Positions 20,001 to 29,612 of a stretch of DNA of 64,000 nt are shown here, one piece after another. The stretch lies in the IMG/VR virus record IMGVR_UViG_3300049913_000012; one strand, given 5' to 3'. Numbering within the stretch: the first letter of the stretch is position 1; each line of letters begins with the position of its first letter. Source of the DNA: an uncultured virus (IMG/VR IMGVR_UViG_3300049913_000012) (taxonomy: Duplodnaviria; Heunggongvirae; Uroviricota; Caudoviricetes). Under the pieces are notes generated by a model. That model saw nothing but the letters and a program-made list of their open reading frames with translations, did not search any database and was not told the origin of the DNA. A program made the translations under genes and the position numbers.

Positions 20001-23000
20001 ATACAAGGCAAGGCTAACCCTCCTAACCAGGAGAAAATAGCTCGCCAGATCGAAGCTGGTCTAACACAGTTCACTGGTCGTGGATTTATTGAGAAGTTCC
20101 AGACTGAAGTTAGCAATAGGATGATAGGCCTCTTCAAGCAACAAGGTAAATATGAGCAGTTTGTTGAGGGAAAAGGTTACGAAGGTGCAATCAACGCCAA
20201 CAAACTCATCAACTTAGCCTATCAAGCTGAAATACCTGAAGAGGAAATACTTGGTACTTTTGCTGACAAGCAGTTTCAAGCTAGGGCGAGTAGAGTGTTT
20301 AGAGGTGGCAAGGGTATTGAAAGTTTGCTAGGAATGGTGCAGAAGACTCCTGGTGGCATTGGCGGTCTACTTGCAACGCAAGGACTCAATCCACTCATGC
20401 AGACAACACTAGAACACTTACAGTCTTACATGGGTGATACAGGAGAAACAGAGAGAGCCAAGATAAGAGAAGCTACTGAAGCTGCTCAGTACATCACAGG
20501 TAATAAGGCTGGTGTCACTGATATTCGCAAGAGTCCCCTTTATGGTGTCTCTGAAGATACAATAAAAGCCTACAACGACTCTATGAGAAACCTAACTTCA
20601 AAGCAATTGGAGTTAGCTCGTACTACTGAGGGAACTAAAGATCATCATATTGCTTATCAGAAAGCTATTGAAGCAGGTCGAGTAGCTACTACTACAGCAG
20701 CCGAGGCCAGCATCGAGAGACACAAAGCTCTTTCGGGACTCTATACCCGCAAGGGCGAGCTAATGACTGAAGCACAGATGACCAGGGCTGGTATTGAGCC
20801 TACTTCTGAGCAAATTGGGGAAATTGGACAAGTAAAACTAGCTCAAGGAGCATACGCTAGAGCACTAAGAGAAGAAGGGCGTCCTGTACCTACGGTTGAG
20901 GGTGGCCCTGCTACCAGACTAGGCGCTATGTCTAGGCGCTTACTTGGTGGTTTTGGTCTGATGTATCTGCGATCCATCGGTGGCCTGATGACGACAGGCG
21001 CATATACTGGTCTAAATGAGCGCATGGCTTATGAGCAACAGATGGGTCAGCAGTTCTTGGGTGTTGGTGGTCAGATGCCAGTTACTCCAATGGAAGAGCA
21101 ACAACGTATTCTAGCTACGCAGTATGGTGGTAGTGGTGGTCTGATGATGCAGACGACCAGAAATATGATAATGGCACAGCAACAACCAGCTTATCAATTA
21201 GCCACTACAGGTTTGGCTGGTATCTCTGCTGGTGGTATGGCAATGTGGTTAGGAGAAGGACTAGGATGGTCGGAGGCTAAGGCTGGAAGGGCAGGGCTTG
21301 TCATAGGTGGTATCACGATGGCAGCTAATACAGCCCTGAATATAGCTGGTGCTGCTCAGGATGTCCAAGGCACTTCAATGAACCTTGCAATAAGAAGGGC
21401 AAGGGGAGAGAACTTTGCTGGCACTGCTGCTGTATCAGGTATTACTGGTCTGGCAACTGGTGCAGCACTTGGAGCAGCCATTGGGAATGTACCTGGGGCG
21501 ATTATAGGTGGAATAGCTGGCGGTGCTCTTGGTTTAGCATCTAATTATCAGAATATCGCTGCTATATTCAATCCTGAGATAGGAAAACAGGCTGAGCTAC
21601 TTACCGCAATAGCTGGTCGTGGCACTACTCCAATAAGTGAGGTTATACAGCAATATGGTATAGCTCCAGATCAGACTGCTTACTATGCTCGTTTGGCTGC
21701 TGAGATCGAAGGCGCACAGAAAAAGAATCTTGGAATTACTCCTGAGGCTTGGGGTGCAGCCTCAGCCTTTGAGCTTAGGCAGAACATCTCTCTTGGAGAT
21801 CAGGCACGTAGACAATTTGCTCAGATGACACAAGCTGGCTTCAATCCAGAGGCTTTTGCAGTAGCAGCTACACAGGCACTTGGTATGCCTATTACACAGG
21901 CTCGTGGTGTCACTGGTAGCTGGATGGGTGGCCCTGCACTTGGACTAACAAGGCCTACAGTTTCCACAACTGGCCCTACTACAGCACAACAGGCATTTGT
22001 GGCTAATCAGATCGCTACTGGAGGCATTGCTGGTGTTGGGCCTCAAATCTTGAATAATATGGTACAGAACCAGACTGCTCAAGCTAATTGGGCTGAGGCA
22101 ACCATCTCTGGTTATAGACTTCCACAGCCGACTCAGCAGAATATTACTCTATCTCCTGAACAAATTGCTCAATTCAAGCAGAATGCAGCGACTTATACTG
22201 CCCTTGGCTCTACACAACCTACCAATATAGCAGCAACCAATCCAGAACTTGCTTCACGTCTAGCAGGGACAGGAAATGTTGCTCCTATTATGCAGTTTGT
22301 GAAGACAATTCAAGACTGGACAGCTACTATGGCTGCTTCTGGTGTTACCGAGGACGTATCCAAGGAAAGACTTACCGCAGCTTGGCAAGCGCTTGGTGCT
22401 TTTGGTGCTATGGGTGCTGCTGGCGCTCGTCAGGCGATGGGGCCTGTAGGCGCTGGTGGAATAACATCAGGACAGTTTCAGAAACTAGTCGATTACTCAG
22501 AGAAGCTTGCAGCAATGCAAGCCACTGGATGGGCGCAGACTTATCAGTCGAAAGAGCAACTACGTGCTACACAGCTTGCTCTTGGAATGACACCAATCGC
22601 TGCACCTAATCTTGAGGACTACGCCAACAGGATAGCTGATCCTATCAAGCAGATGGCAGAGCAAATACAAGATCAACTCAATGAGATTCCTGCCAATATG
22701 AAGCTACAGGCGCAGAAACAAGCTACTGCTGCTTTTGGGTTTATTCCCACTATGGCTGCTACTACGCCTATGGGTTTCAATCAATATACATCTCAGGTAC
22801 AGGCTGGACAGGCATTAGGTCAACAGTTCATGATGGGTGGTCTGAATGAGCAGGCTGCATCTCAACTTGGTGGTGCTTTCGCTGCTATGCCTGCACAAGT
22901 ATATGGTCGCTATCAAGGTCTATTCAGTGGTAATGCACTTCAGATGGCTGGTTTTGCGATGGAAAGACCGAACACCATTATGAACCTAATGCGCTTAGGT

Positions 23001-24632
23001 GGTACGAGTATTACTGGTCAGCCTCTGGGTGCAGGGATGCTTCCAGGTATTGGTGGCTCTACTCTCAATATGGCTAACCTTGGTTTGACTGGCATCGGTG
23101 TCAATCCAATAACAGGTATGGTTGCTCCAACTGGTCAAGGTTATGGCGAGACGACTTATGCTCGTCCTTTTGAGGTAGCTGCACTTACTGCTGGTGGTAT
23201 GGCTCCTGGGGCTGCTATGCAACAATCGGCAGCTAATGTTATTAATGGATGGTTCAATAGTGCGACTGCTACTGCTGCTAATAGACAATTCAATGCTAAT
23301 GGAGTAGCTTGGCAAAACAATCCTAACTTTAGCCAGGGCTATATTGGTGCTTTACTCACTGGTGGTCAACAAGGTGGTCAGGCCTATCAACAAGCGCAGA
23401 GTGCTCAGTATCAGCTTGCACAGGCTGGTATTGGTATTGCTCAGCTTCAACTTCAGGCTCAGTATCAACCTCAGTTCTGGGCGCTAGAGGATCGTACTAG
23501 ACAACTAGGATACCGCCAGCAAGAATGGGGTTTCCAGCAACAGGGACAACAGTTAGCTTTAGGCGAACAGAATTTCCAGTTCCAGACTGGAATGCAACAG
23601 CGCCAGATGACTATGCAACGTGGCTGGCAACAGCAAGATTGGGCTTATCAGGCTCAGACCAGAGGTCTACAGTGGCAGTGGCAAACTGAGGACTTCCAAG
23701 AGAATGTACGTTTCATGACTGGACGTGAGAGACGTTTAGCTGAGCGCCAGATGGGTCGTGCTACTACTCTACACGATCTTGAGGGTGAACAGATAGACAA
23801 ACAGAAAGATAGACAAAAGCAATTATGGATGATGGAAGATGAGCGCTTCAATCAACAGGTAGGTTATCAGGAAGAGCTCTTCAAGATGCAAGAGGATAAC
23901 CTCAATAAGCAAAAAGAGTTCTTTGAGGAACGCAAGACACTAGAGCAAGAACAAGTAGACCTAAACCGAGAGTACTGGCAGAAGCAACATGACCTCTCGA
24001 TGTCTGCTGCTGGTGCTGCCTCTAAGTACGCAACAGAACAGGTTGGCATTGCTAATGCTATGTTGGTCGCTTCTCAGAATCAACAGGCCATGATTGGTGA
24101 AGGTGGTCTATTCAACAGTGATACCTGGAAGTCTCTTGGTATAGATTTGGCTACAGTTGATCCACTATTCGCAAGTTACGTAGAGAATATAGGTGTGCTC
24201 CAGCCTTTATTTGCAGACTTTGTTGTTTCTGTCAAAGAGTTAATCAGTACTTTAGGTGGTACTCCCTGGAATGCTCCTGCTACTGGTGCGGGTGGTGGTG
24301 CTAACGACCCAACAGTACAATGTCCTCTCTGCAATCAGTCGATGCCAGCTTCTCAGCTAAATGACCACATGGCAACAGTGCATCATAGGGCGACAGGTGG
24401 GCGTACACTGCCAGGAATTGACTATATTATTGGTGAGCGTGGAATAGAAGTCTTCCGTCCAGACTCAGCAGGGACAGTCAAGCCTCTCGATCCTTGGGGT
24501 ACTACTTTTACTTCTAATACTTCCTCTGGCGCTGATGGTAAGCCTGGAACAGTTCACTTGGTTGTCTACCTAGGTGACGAGAGATTGATTGATCGTGTAC
24601 TTGAGCAAGTAGATCAGGAGATTAGAGTATGA
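13986..24632 (+). CDS. Giant tape-measure protein fused to two-barrel RNA polymerase-like and PD-(D/E)xK nuclease domains
   Basis: TMP slot; Ala/Gly/Gln-rich helical C-half with hydrophobic segments and C-terminal ATGG...GERGIE motif; N-half has VGAK..FK..ETPVDFV, QRFP...GDFDAD and GVPD..IRDTK..QQMAY. Confidence 0.8.
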   Translation: MPPTTSRYLVPYDPTGQSQEIGMTSLVQRLNDELRNEGYTFAVDERAKLENGFFRVNVSKGGGLSLGEYNLYLDLRLGLLSPRGQVIEMASSTMANFGMPGFARHIPAQNQISSTVDTFKDYVRSIYDFALAEGKQPREVAWTVYQKGYEPRNYPASETVGIESYETPMTPAAGGVITRSSSSGQRALMASTVRWVVPFGTEPKDYVNKTMERGNAAEPLGMPGYGPNLKMSGWTPMGTQMYTARPQFAGGEQTFVKLPRGLVGSFKSMTSTFGARNLADVPLVRDPSTGRYIKVKPSQATQGAGYRTGWTQSTMVLPTETEPRTVFSASVGMIDQPDMPGAMFQSKGAFDFFDQSISNKGIVQKQRTAAIGESGDITYEFGVKTAEELGKIVQSGLEFLDIEGKQMRPGRGMQTIARYQPEGADKYKNLFIEKRSYPVVLHKPTLHIPQYYEVTPGGEMFSNLPVYDQEGTTLLTTDNIISDLKAKYGDNVNIVQYSAIGSRGEANPAAVYLTIPMERVNPVGAKSDAFKAYPAPKDYQFKLRYLGSEEHETPVDFVTQEGKIPPRAIMQSVGIMNKEAAVEFMGLFLPQGNDLETQAVKKIQEYIGEQFTKPKVTLESRSMATIWNQITGQTLSPDELFGRMGERIGAITDSVQAVDMANKFGLRIPVKQMAFGGVYSESSMNQLKEIFGEFGPEAQSLLRFEPYKAPGKDTAMAEALKGSISADLYSMYYQVPGGAAKNITLQTGLSFVSEYTSQSGYVNAKGIMSLIQNYPKIAFAMGLADRQGNWKGVFSSKAYSEGQPEPSVAAAQVLKPYLEFQQKLFNSDNVNFSLPAKHIALDADMAADMLSIIGSAKQQPTDQAQLEALKHDLGELNPKVYGLEKRTSFTDSFFYDPNTGTIAPSVESIIGTETYEKGVQEGQTVKYLGKNYMNLLESMARSAMSEPGAMQNVVGPVRESFFRKINKMVYPGGRRSKEFARNIVGMNLPGTRGGRYQGMTELESGNAYASDEYIIRMLSNGGFMKAGQISSILRYLNGKPEAYLPILSQRFPDVGGETMFMPLKLRSAKHLKALGVPIPEGPTANDLMFMSTNVNRFQVGDFDADPAKQKVLPMNRLFDPKSKQWTDEWYMSGDLTGEFESKFKEYYGTSAAIGQKMEELFGIHGTSAGGNLGKSSESLDVARKNAADYITAVLGESTSYQSRMRESGGFLAKDAQEQQMNVMHMKSGMGLSYIMRTELTDIASAVLGMSGRDTGIFKRAYESSGLTYQMYLDRWQNMKGGFTAVETLMNTYGIYGIDEAQGVSNYRVSYKLTEQGLPVDVDRKNWSTGGGAGMEASSGLLRQLLHVVGNMPKDIMTDEMLAWLVSGTGGAGKVLTALKNPADFWKAGGMESTWSKEAIGNRANIVKEMTKTGEVGFNSPLYMGLTYKAIQRAARDFPGYIQNRDIVLPWLDGKMMPVSDIMQTPEYRLWGVAENMFVRGSKAIDPKDMQLLENIGGPRLAGEMAGIYSSWKQATGGIYPVEQAELEYGARQKKAYQIFGETAIKNTPVVHASELGALLGLPNQLRAQGWLETGGPEKIEAQYHAVLSALGAPQLMSSRDYPGTQFLTTAKIMAGESIIGGTEYEAAYARSHPGLTHVGSVDPNASLKYRLGGLEIRGVPDFISLENGKFVIRDTKSPAEREGIQYTAGFAETMAKKYRYRIQQMAYAYGLEKMAKDTGFSDPQWISFMKNWHLDNPDTALTMRQAAAAGNFKLLIAPGRYVSGLTPDVFKEIEVPYGNTEKLELETLAASAKEQLFQPKVVGRVASNIYTALAKGTTLTDLPSYTRSGQPVDMEMYDLFRKTAEQTGFPIEGARMSGGGRIDSKLNRIVRVGEGGPEDIILSNNEVTVVPTSDIPNRTMSQYRQGGGLAYSDEIYRRKKAERELRKLQQQMGVPIATGNEDLGLLGRLVPSETATEPVIPAPVQPGTNIISEEYLSRLEAISGTFGTSASTLQAIQEGGGMTMRIQGKANPPNQEKIARQIEAGLTQFTGRGFIEKFQTEVSNRMIGLFKQQGKYEQFVEGKGYEGAINANKLINLAYQAEIPEEEILGTFADKQFQARASRVFRGGKGIESLLGMVQKTPGGIGGLLATQGLNPLMQTTLEHLQSYMGDTGETERAKIREATEAAQYITGNKAGVTDIRKSPLYGVSEDTIKAYNDSMRNLTSKQLELARTTEGTKDHHIAYQKAIEAGRVATTTAAEASIERHKALSGLYTRKGELMTEAQMTRAGIEPTSEQIGEIGQVKLAQGAYARALREEGRPVPTVEGGPATRLGAMSRRLLGGFGLMYLRSIGGLMTTGAYTGLNERMAYEQQMGQQFLGVGGQMPVTPMEEQQRILATQYGGSGGLMMQTTRNMIMAQQQPAYQLATTGLAGISAGGMAMWLGEGLGWSEAKAGRAGLVIGGITMAANTALNIAGAAQDVQGTSMNLAIRRARGENFAGTAAVSGITGLATGAALGAAIGNVPGAIIGGIAGGALGLASNYQNIAAIFNPEIGKQAELLTAIAGRGTTPISEVIQQYGIAPDQTAYYARLAAEIEGAQKKNLGITPEAWGAASAFELRQNISLGDQARRQFAQMTQAGFNPEAFAVAATQALGMPITQARGVTGSWMGGPALGLTRPTVSTTGPTTAQQAFVANQIATGGIAGVGPQILNNMVQNQTAQANWAEATISGYRLPQPTQQNITLSPEQIAQFKQNAATYTALGSTQPTNIAATNPELASRLAGTGNVAPIMQFVKTIQDWTATMAASGVTEDVSKERLTAAWQALGAFGAMGAAGARQAMGPVGAGGITSGQFQKLVDYSEKLAAMQATGWAQTYQSKEQLRATQLALGMTPIAAPNLEDYANRIADPIKQMAEQIQDQLNEIPANMKLQAQKQATAAFGFIPTMAATTPMGFNQYTSQVQAGQALGQQFMMGGLNEQAASQLGGAFAAMPAQVYGRYQGLFSGNALQMAGFAMERPNTIMNLMRLGGTSITGQPLGAGMLPGIGGSTLNMANLGLTGIGVNPITGMVAPTGQGYGETTYARPFEVAALTAGGMAPGAAMQQSAANVINGWFNSATATAANRQFNANGVAWQNNPNFSQGYIGALLTGGQQGGQAYQQAQSAQYQLAQAGIGIAQLQLQAQYQPQFWALEDRTRQLGYRQQEWGFQQQGQQLALGEQNFQFQTGMQQRQMTMQRGWQQQDWAYQAQTRGLQWQWQTEDFQENVRFMTGRERRLAERQMGRATTLHDLEGEQIDKQKDRQKQLWMMEDERFNQQVGYQEELFKMQEDNLNKQKEFFEERKTLEQEQVDLNREYWQKQHDLSMSAAGAASKYATEQVGIANAMLVASQNQQAMIGEGGLFNSDTWKSLGIDLATVDPLFASYVENIGVLQPLFADFVVSVKELISTLGGTPWNAPATGAGGGANDPTVQCPLCNQSMPASQLNDHMATVHHRATGGRTLPGIDYIIGERGIEVFRPDSAGTVKPLDPWGTTFTSNTSSGADGKPGTVHLVVYLGDERLIDRVLEQVDQEIRV

Positions 24633-25039
24633 CCAATCCGTATATAACCCTAACTGACAGTAGTGGCTCTGGTGGGAAGCGTTTCAAGGCGATTGAGTTC
24701 AGACCCCCCATGACACGAGGAGACACGATTGAGTTTACGCTCGGTGGAAAGATTGACAAGCAAGCTGGCCCTGTATTCAATGCTTTTCAGTACACCTTGC
24801 GTATTCCTATCGACACACCAGAAGACTCCAACTATGGATCGTATGAGGATTTCAAGAGACTATACCATTTAGCAAACTCTAACCTGACCCCCTCAGATGT
24901 AATTTCACTAACAGACCACTCAGGCTCAGGACATAATGTATACTTTGTTGGAGATACATCCCCTACCCCACTTACTACAGAACTTGAAGGGGTAAATGCT
25001 TGGTTCATTGTGCCTGTGCAGCTTATGGAGATACCATAA
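24629..25039 (+). CDS. Distal tail (Dit-like) protein
   Basis: Small beta-rich gene immediately after the TMP. Confidence 0.6.
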   Translation: MTNPYITLTDSSGSGGKRFKAIEFRPPMTRGDTIEFTLGGKIDKQAGPVFNAFQYTLRIPIDTPEDSNYGSYEDFKRLYHLANSNLTPSDVISLTDHSGSGHNVYFVGDTSPTPLTTELEGVNAWFIVPVQLMEIP

Positions 25040-28000
25040 ATGGCTCGCTCTCTAGTCGGAACTAATCTTCGTGCTGCCATTGACATCAATGGTAGTTATT
25101 ACATGCTTGCCAGGGCAGATGTATATCCGTCTCGTGTTTACTTTGAGGCAATCACAAGTGATTATCCTCCTGTAGTTGGTGCAGACGCCATTGGCTTGAT
25201 AGCCAATCCCATGAAACAGGATATTGAGTACTCTCCTATTGCCGATGGACTGGTGACTTTCTTTGTTGACTCAGGCCTAAAATGTATGGTGCAGGGCTCC
25301 AATAGTGTAATATCCCTCAGCACTGATTACACGCCAGCAAATGTAAAGCCAGGAGTACTCGACTCTACTTTGTACTATCTTGACACGGAAGGCTACGTGA
25401 ATCGCTGTAGCATCAATTGGACTGGCCCAACGGTATCTGATATTGACTATGTAAGTGTTGGCACTAATGTAATAGCAGTTCATGCAGTTGGCGATGACGA
25501 GTCAGTCGCTATATTAGATGACGAGGGTGGGTTTAGACCTGTTTACATATCTGGTGTTAATTCATATCTATGCCCTACTCGTTTTATGTTTCCATCTACG
25601 GTGATTAGCTCTGGTTCCTCTAGATCAATGGATGAGCTAGGAGAATTGTCTGGTGTAGCACGTCTAGGCAATAAGATATTCGTCTATATAAGTAATTGCT
25701 CGAATGGAAGTGTAGAGGGAATGTACTATGATGTGGATACATCCACATGGAGTGATATTTTTATTGCTCTTCCTACTGATTTAGACACATCCCTCTGTGA
25801 GTTTAGGATCGCCAATGTATACACTCATAATGGCACAATCTATATGTGTGGGCAGTTCGGACGTACAGACTTTCTGAGCTCAGCCAGAATATACTCTCTC
25901 TTGCTGTATTCTGATGATGGGAAGGTCTTTACTGTCGAGCGCAATACACTAGTCAGCGATATAGGTTATCGGTATTTAGCCAGGGTTGGCAATAAGAAAC
26001 TCTATTTGGGTAACTGCAATCGTGTCTGCTCTGCTGATGTGACATGGGTCTTTGATGGCACGAGTGGTTCAGAAGGACGGATGACTGCAATAAGCTCTGA
26101 TGATTTCAAAGCATTCACCGATACAGGTTTGAGCAAATCCACTCTCACTCTCCGCTCAGGACTAGAACAATATTTTGGTCATCTAGATGTCCTTGAAGGT
26201 TCTCGCATGCGAGTTTACGCTGGTATGAAAACATCTGTTGGCGATGAATATGTTCTGTATGGCACATACATCATTGATACTGCTGTCTTCGGGTTAGCCT
26301 CTGGAAAGCGAGATACAGTTGTCAGTGCTACTAATGAAGCTGAGTATAGACTTACTGGCCTTACTATGCCCTTTTATGCAGAGATAGCTGGCAAGTCAAT
26401 GGGTTACTGCCCGATGAAAAAAGACAGTACCATGATGGAGAACGCTGTTGGTGGTTGTCGTACTGAGACTAAATTCTCGCTTGATATGTGGAAACATGAA
26501 GGTTACTCTAGTGGAGCCATTGTTGGCATAGATATACATAGAGGTGGTGGCGTGGACGTTGGTTGGGATACTGCCAATCATAACTATGGGATCATTACCA
26601 ATAGCGAGATAAAGGATATTCTTCTTCTTGAAAGCAATCCCAAGATTACAGGAACATCCATCCATGTACATGCTTATGGATGGTCACATGAGATTGGGGG
26701 CGGTGCTGGCGATCTTGTGAAGTTACTATTGATAGTGGTTGACGAGAACGATGTAGAGACTGTAGTTCTTAGTACTGGAGATCGGTGGAACCAAACATAT
26801 ACTTCTGGCACTAATGGCACTCCTATAGAATTTACTATCGGTGGACTTACTGTCGGTCACAGAATCAAGAAGGCTGGACTTACTTTTGAAGGTACAGCAT
26901 GGTTCTGTCCTGCTCGCCTTGATTTTATTAGTGGTACTGAGGCATATTTCTCATGGTCTGACGCTAATACCCCTTGGACTCAATTGGATAGCGGAGATCG
27001 CAAACTACCTCGTCCTGGTAGACCATATATTGACTTCGCCCAGAAACCCTATAACTCATTCAATTTCTCCCTAGCTGCATCTTTCTCTAATAGTGTTGTA
27101 GGAGCCTTCTCAGGCTTTCCTGTGGCTGCTGGACTAGTAGGGCATGCCGAGAATGGAGCAAACTATACTGTAGGACGCTATAACAAAGCCAACAACAAGG
27201 TAGAGTTAGTTTTGTGTAGGGATGGTAAGGAGACTACCCTACAGAGTAATGATCCTCCATTTCCGATCCAAGATATGTACGAAATGCGTTTCGATCACAG
27301 GAATGGACGCTTCGAGGTATTCATGTTCAACACCTCTGGCTCTTTCTTCCAGAGTGCTCTCACTTATGAATGGAGAGAAGCTGATGGCTATATGTTCACT
27401 AGCCGACTAGCGTCTATGCAGTGCGGTATCTATGGTTGTATCATGTCGCCCTATGTTCCTATTCTTGGATACTATTCTGGCGAAAGTGACAATGCCATCA
27501 ATGCTGATGGCCTGCCGATAGCACCGCTATATGACTTAGATGACTTCCCAACAAGTGGCTCACTTAGGCTGACAGATGATATTTATTCCTATGAGTCTAA
27601 GATCGTCATGGCAAACCCTATTGGGCCTTATCAACTACGTAATAAAGATGTTGGTACTGGTGAAGCGTATATGCCTCCCTTGGGGATAGGGAAACCTGGA
27701 CTTGAGTGTCGTGCTTTTGACTGGACAGCAGACCCTAGTTCGTGTAATGACTATCTCATTGCCATGAACGATGGTTCTAACTTTATATGTATAGCTGCCT
27801 TGTGGCAAGTTTATATAACCACTGGTGGCTCTCCAGTAGTACTCCCAAATCGTGCTCGTTTCTACTCTGAGAATATACAGATAGGAAAACTCTATCATAC
27901 TCTGGCTACTAAGGTCTGGATAACTGGTGGGTTCAAGAACGTAAATCTACTGACTGGCAAGAATACCAGGATAGGACACTCAGAGGGAGAAGTGGTTTAC

Positions 28001-29161
28001 TATGCTCTATCGGGAGAAATAAAGTGTCAGTGGTATATGGGGTCTGGTGGTGAAGATGACACTACAATTGGAGACATGATACAGAAAATCTGCGATCTGT
28101 CTGGGGCAAGATGCTCGTTCCCTAGCGATATTACCATTCCTTCACTTGGGCTCACCTCTGGTAGTTTTGGAGTATCTACTATAGCCTATGCAGAAGGATT
28201 TGATATTAGTTTTGAGAGTGCTGGTTTAGCCACCAATGACGACATAAATATTGCCTTCAATGCCAAGCTAAGGCCTGATAACTACACTTTCAAAAGCGCC
28301 ATTATCAATGACACACAAATCTTGTTGAATATCAATTATCTGGGGAGTGGGAACTTCAGGTACTATCTACTCAGTATGCCATCGGCTACTGTTCTTTATG
28401 CCTGTGACTTTGCATCAGCGTTAGACTATCAGAAGTTTAGGATAAAGTGCCTGATGGATGGAATAGGTATCTACCAAAATGGTCAATGGGTTACTACCAT
28501 AGCTCTTGACAAAGTTGACTATGGAGACAATCTTACACTTTCCCTGAGTTCATATAGTTCTGAGACAGTAAGTAATATATTGATAAGTAACCTAAGTGAC
28601 TGGCGTGAGGCAGTATGGATTGACTTAGAGACAGATGGACGTAGCGCACTTGGCTCGGTTATCCAACAACGTCCCATAGAAATAATTCCACATCCTGATG
28701 GTTCAGTAAGTATTTATTATGAGAAAGTCAGGGATCAAATTATTGCTGTTCGTGAACCTCGTGACCATAAATACCAGCACTCTATTCCAGCAGAGGGTGC
28801 TAGTGACGCTATCGTTTATGGTTACAATGTAAAGACTTTGCAGAACCTCAATTTTGCTAGAGAGCTAGGCTTCTCTACTAAACTTTTTAGGATGCCCGAT
28901 CTAAGTACAGGCGCAGTAAGAGCAGCTAATGTGTTACTACAAAGAGCTCTAGAAGGTGCTCATAGAGATCAACTTACTATCCGACCAGACCTAGCACTTG
29001 TGATTGGCGATGTGTATGTTGTAATCTATACAGCTTCGGGTACAGGAAGAATAGAAAGTCACATAATTATCTTGGAAAGTATCTCTCTGGAGGCAAGAAT
29101 GTCTGGCCCAAAATCGTCTAGTCGTATGGCGATTACAGGAAGAGAGGTCTACGTTGAATAG
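25040..29161 (+). CDS. Tail tip / baseplate hub (Tal-like) large protein
   Basis: 1373 aa after Dit; YGTYIID and C-terminal PDLALVIGDVY hub-like motifs. Confidence 0.6.
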   Translation: MARSLVGTNLRAAIDINGSYYMLARADVYPSRVYFEAITSDYPPVVGADAIGLIANPMKQDIEYSPIADGLVTFFVDSGLKCMVQGSNSVISLSTDYTPANVKPGVLDSTLYYLDTEGYVNRCSINWTGPTVSDIDYVSVGTNVIAVHAVGDDESVAILDDEGGFRPVYISGVNSYLCPTRFMFPSTVISSGSSRSMDELGELSGVARLGNKIFVYISNCSNGSVEGMYYDVDTSTWSDIFIALPTDLDTSLCEFRIANVYTHNGTIYMCGQFGRTDFLSSARIYSLLLYSDDGKVFTVERNTLVSDIGYRYLARVGNKKLYLGNCNRVCSADVTWVFDGTSGSEGRMTAISSDDFKAFTDTGLSKSTLTLRSGLEQYFGHLDVLEGSRMRVYAGMKTSVGDEYVLYGTYIIDTAVFGLASGKRDTVVSATNEAEYRLTGLTMPFYAEIAGKSMGYCPMKKDSTMMENAVGGCRTETKFSLDMWKHEGYSSGAIVGIDIHRGGGVDVGWDTANHNYGIITNSEIKDILLLESNPKITGTSIHVHAYGWSHEIGGGAGDLVKLLLIVVDENDVETVVLSTGDRWNQTYTSGTNGTPIEFTIGGLTVGHRIKKAGLTFEGTAWFCPARLDFISGTEAYFSWSDANTPWTQLDSGDRKLPRPGRPYIDFAQKPYNSFNFSLAASFSNSVVGAFSGFPVAAGLVGHAENGANYTVGRYNKANNKVELVLCRDGKETTLQSNDPPFPIQDMYEMRFDHRNGRFEVFMFNTSGSFFQSALTYEWREADGYMFTSRLASMQCGIYGCIMSPYVPILGYYSGESDNAINADGLPIAPLYDLDDFPTSGSLRLTDDIYSYESKIVMANPIGPYQLRNKDVGTGEAYMPPLGIGKPGLECRAFDWTADPSSCNDYLIAMNDGSNFICIAALWQVYITTGGSPVVLPNRARFYSENIQIGKLYHTLATKVWITGGFKNVNLLTGKNTRIGHSEGEVVYYALSGEIKCQWYMGSGGEDDTTIGDMIQKICDLSGARCSFPSDITIPSLGLTSGSFGVSTIAYAEGFDISFESAGLATNDDINIAFNAKLRPDNYTFKSAIINDTQILLNINYLGSGNFRYYLLSMPSATVLYACDFASALDYQKFRIKCLMDGIGIYQNGQWVTTIALDKVDYGDNLTLSLSSYSSETVSNILISNLSDWREAVWIDLETDGRSALGSVIQQRPIEIIPHPDGSVSIYYEKVRDQIIAVREPRDHKYQHSIPAEGASDAIVYGYNVKTLQNLNFARELGFSTKLFRMPDLSTGAVRAANVLLQRALEGAHRDQLTIRPDLALVIGDVYVVIYTASGTGRIESHIIILESISLEARMSGPKSSSRMAITGREVYVE

Positions 29162-29603
29162 GAACAAAGACGGTAAGATCGGTAGAGATATTCGCCAGAA
29201 TGTAAAATCTGCTACAAGATTACTAGCTACTGTTGTAGATACATCCTTTGGGACAGCCAGCGTGCGCCTGAAAGGTAATGGCGCTGTTATACGTCACCTT
29301 GAAGTTGTAGGTGGCCCTGTTCAGATTGGCGATCAGGTTATAGCCGATTTCTCTACTACTCCACCTACTATAGCAGCGACTGGAAACAAGGGGATTACTC
29401 GTGATAACGTTCTTGACATTATGGCAGGGCAGGAACCAAAGGGGCAGGGTACACTTATCTATCCACCTTTCGTAGATTGGATTCCTACTTCTGGTAGTGG
29501 TGGTACTTCTGGCAGTGGTCTATCTGCAATTGATATTTATCACAATGGAACTTTTGTTTGCTCAACTACCGCAATCAACTTCATAGATGATGATTGCTCA
29601 TAA
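29154..29603 (+). CDS. Tail tip protein with OB-fold-like N-terminus
   Basis: ATVVD...ASVRL...VQIGDQV pattern. Confidence 0.5.
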   Translation: MNRNKDGKIGRDIRQNVKSATRLLATVVDTSFGTASVRLKGNGAVIRHLEVVGGPVQIGDQVIADFSTTPPTIAATGNKGITRDNVLDIMAGQEPKGQGTLIYPPFVDWIPTSGSGGTSGSGLSAIDIYHNGTFVCSTTAINFIDDDCS

Positions 29604-29612
29604 AGGAGAAAT

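Noticed and set aside
13986..24632. Intein or stop-codon recoding explaining the giant ORF
   Set aside because: No intein terminal motifs or LAGLIDADG noticed; genes are long and tightly packed under the standard code
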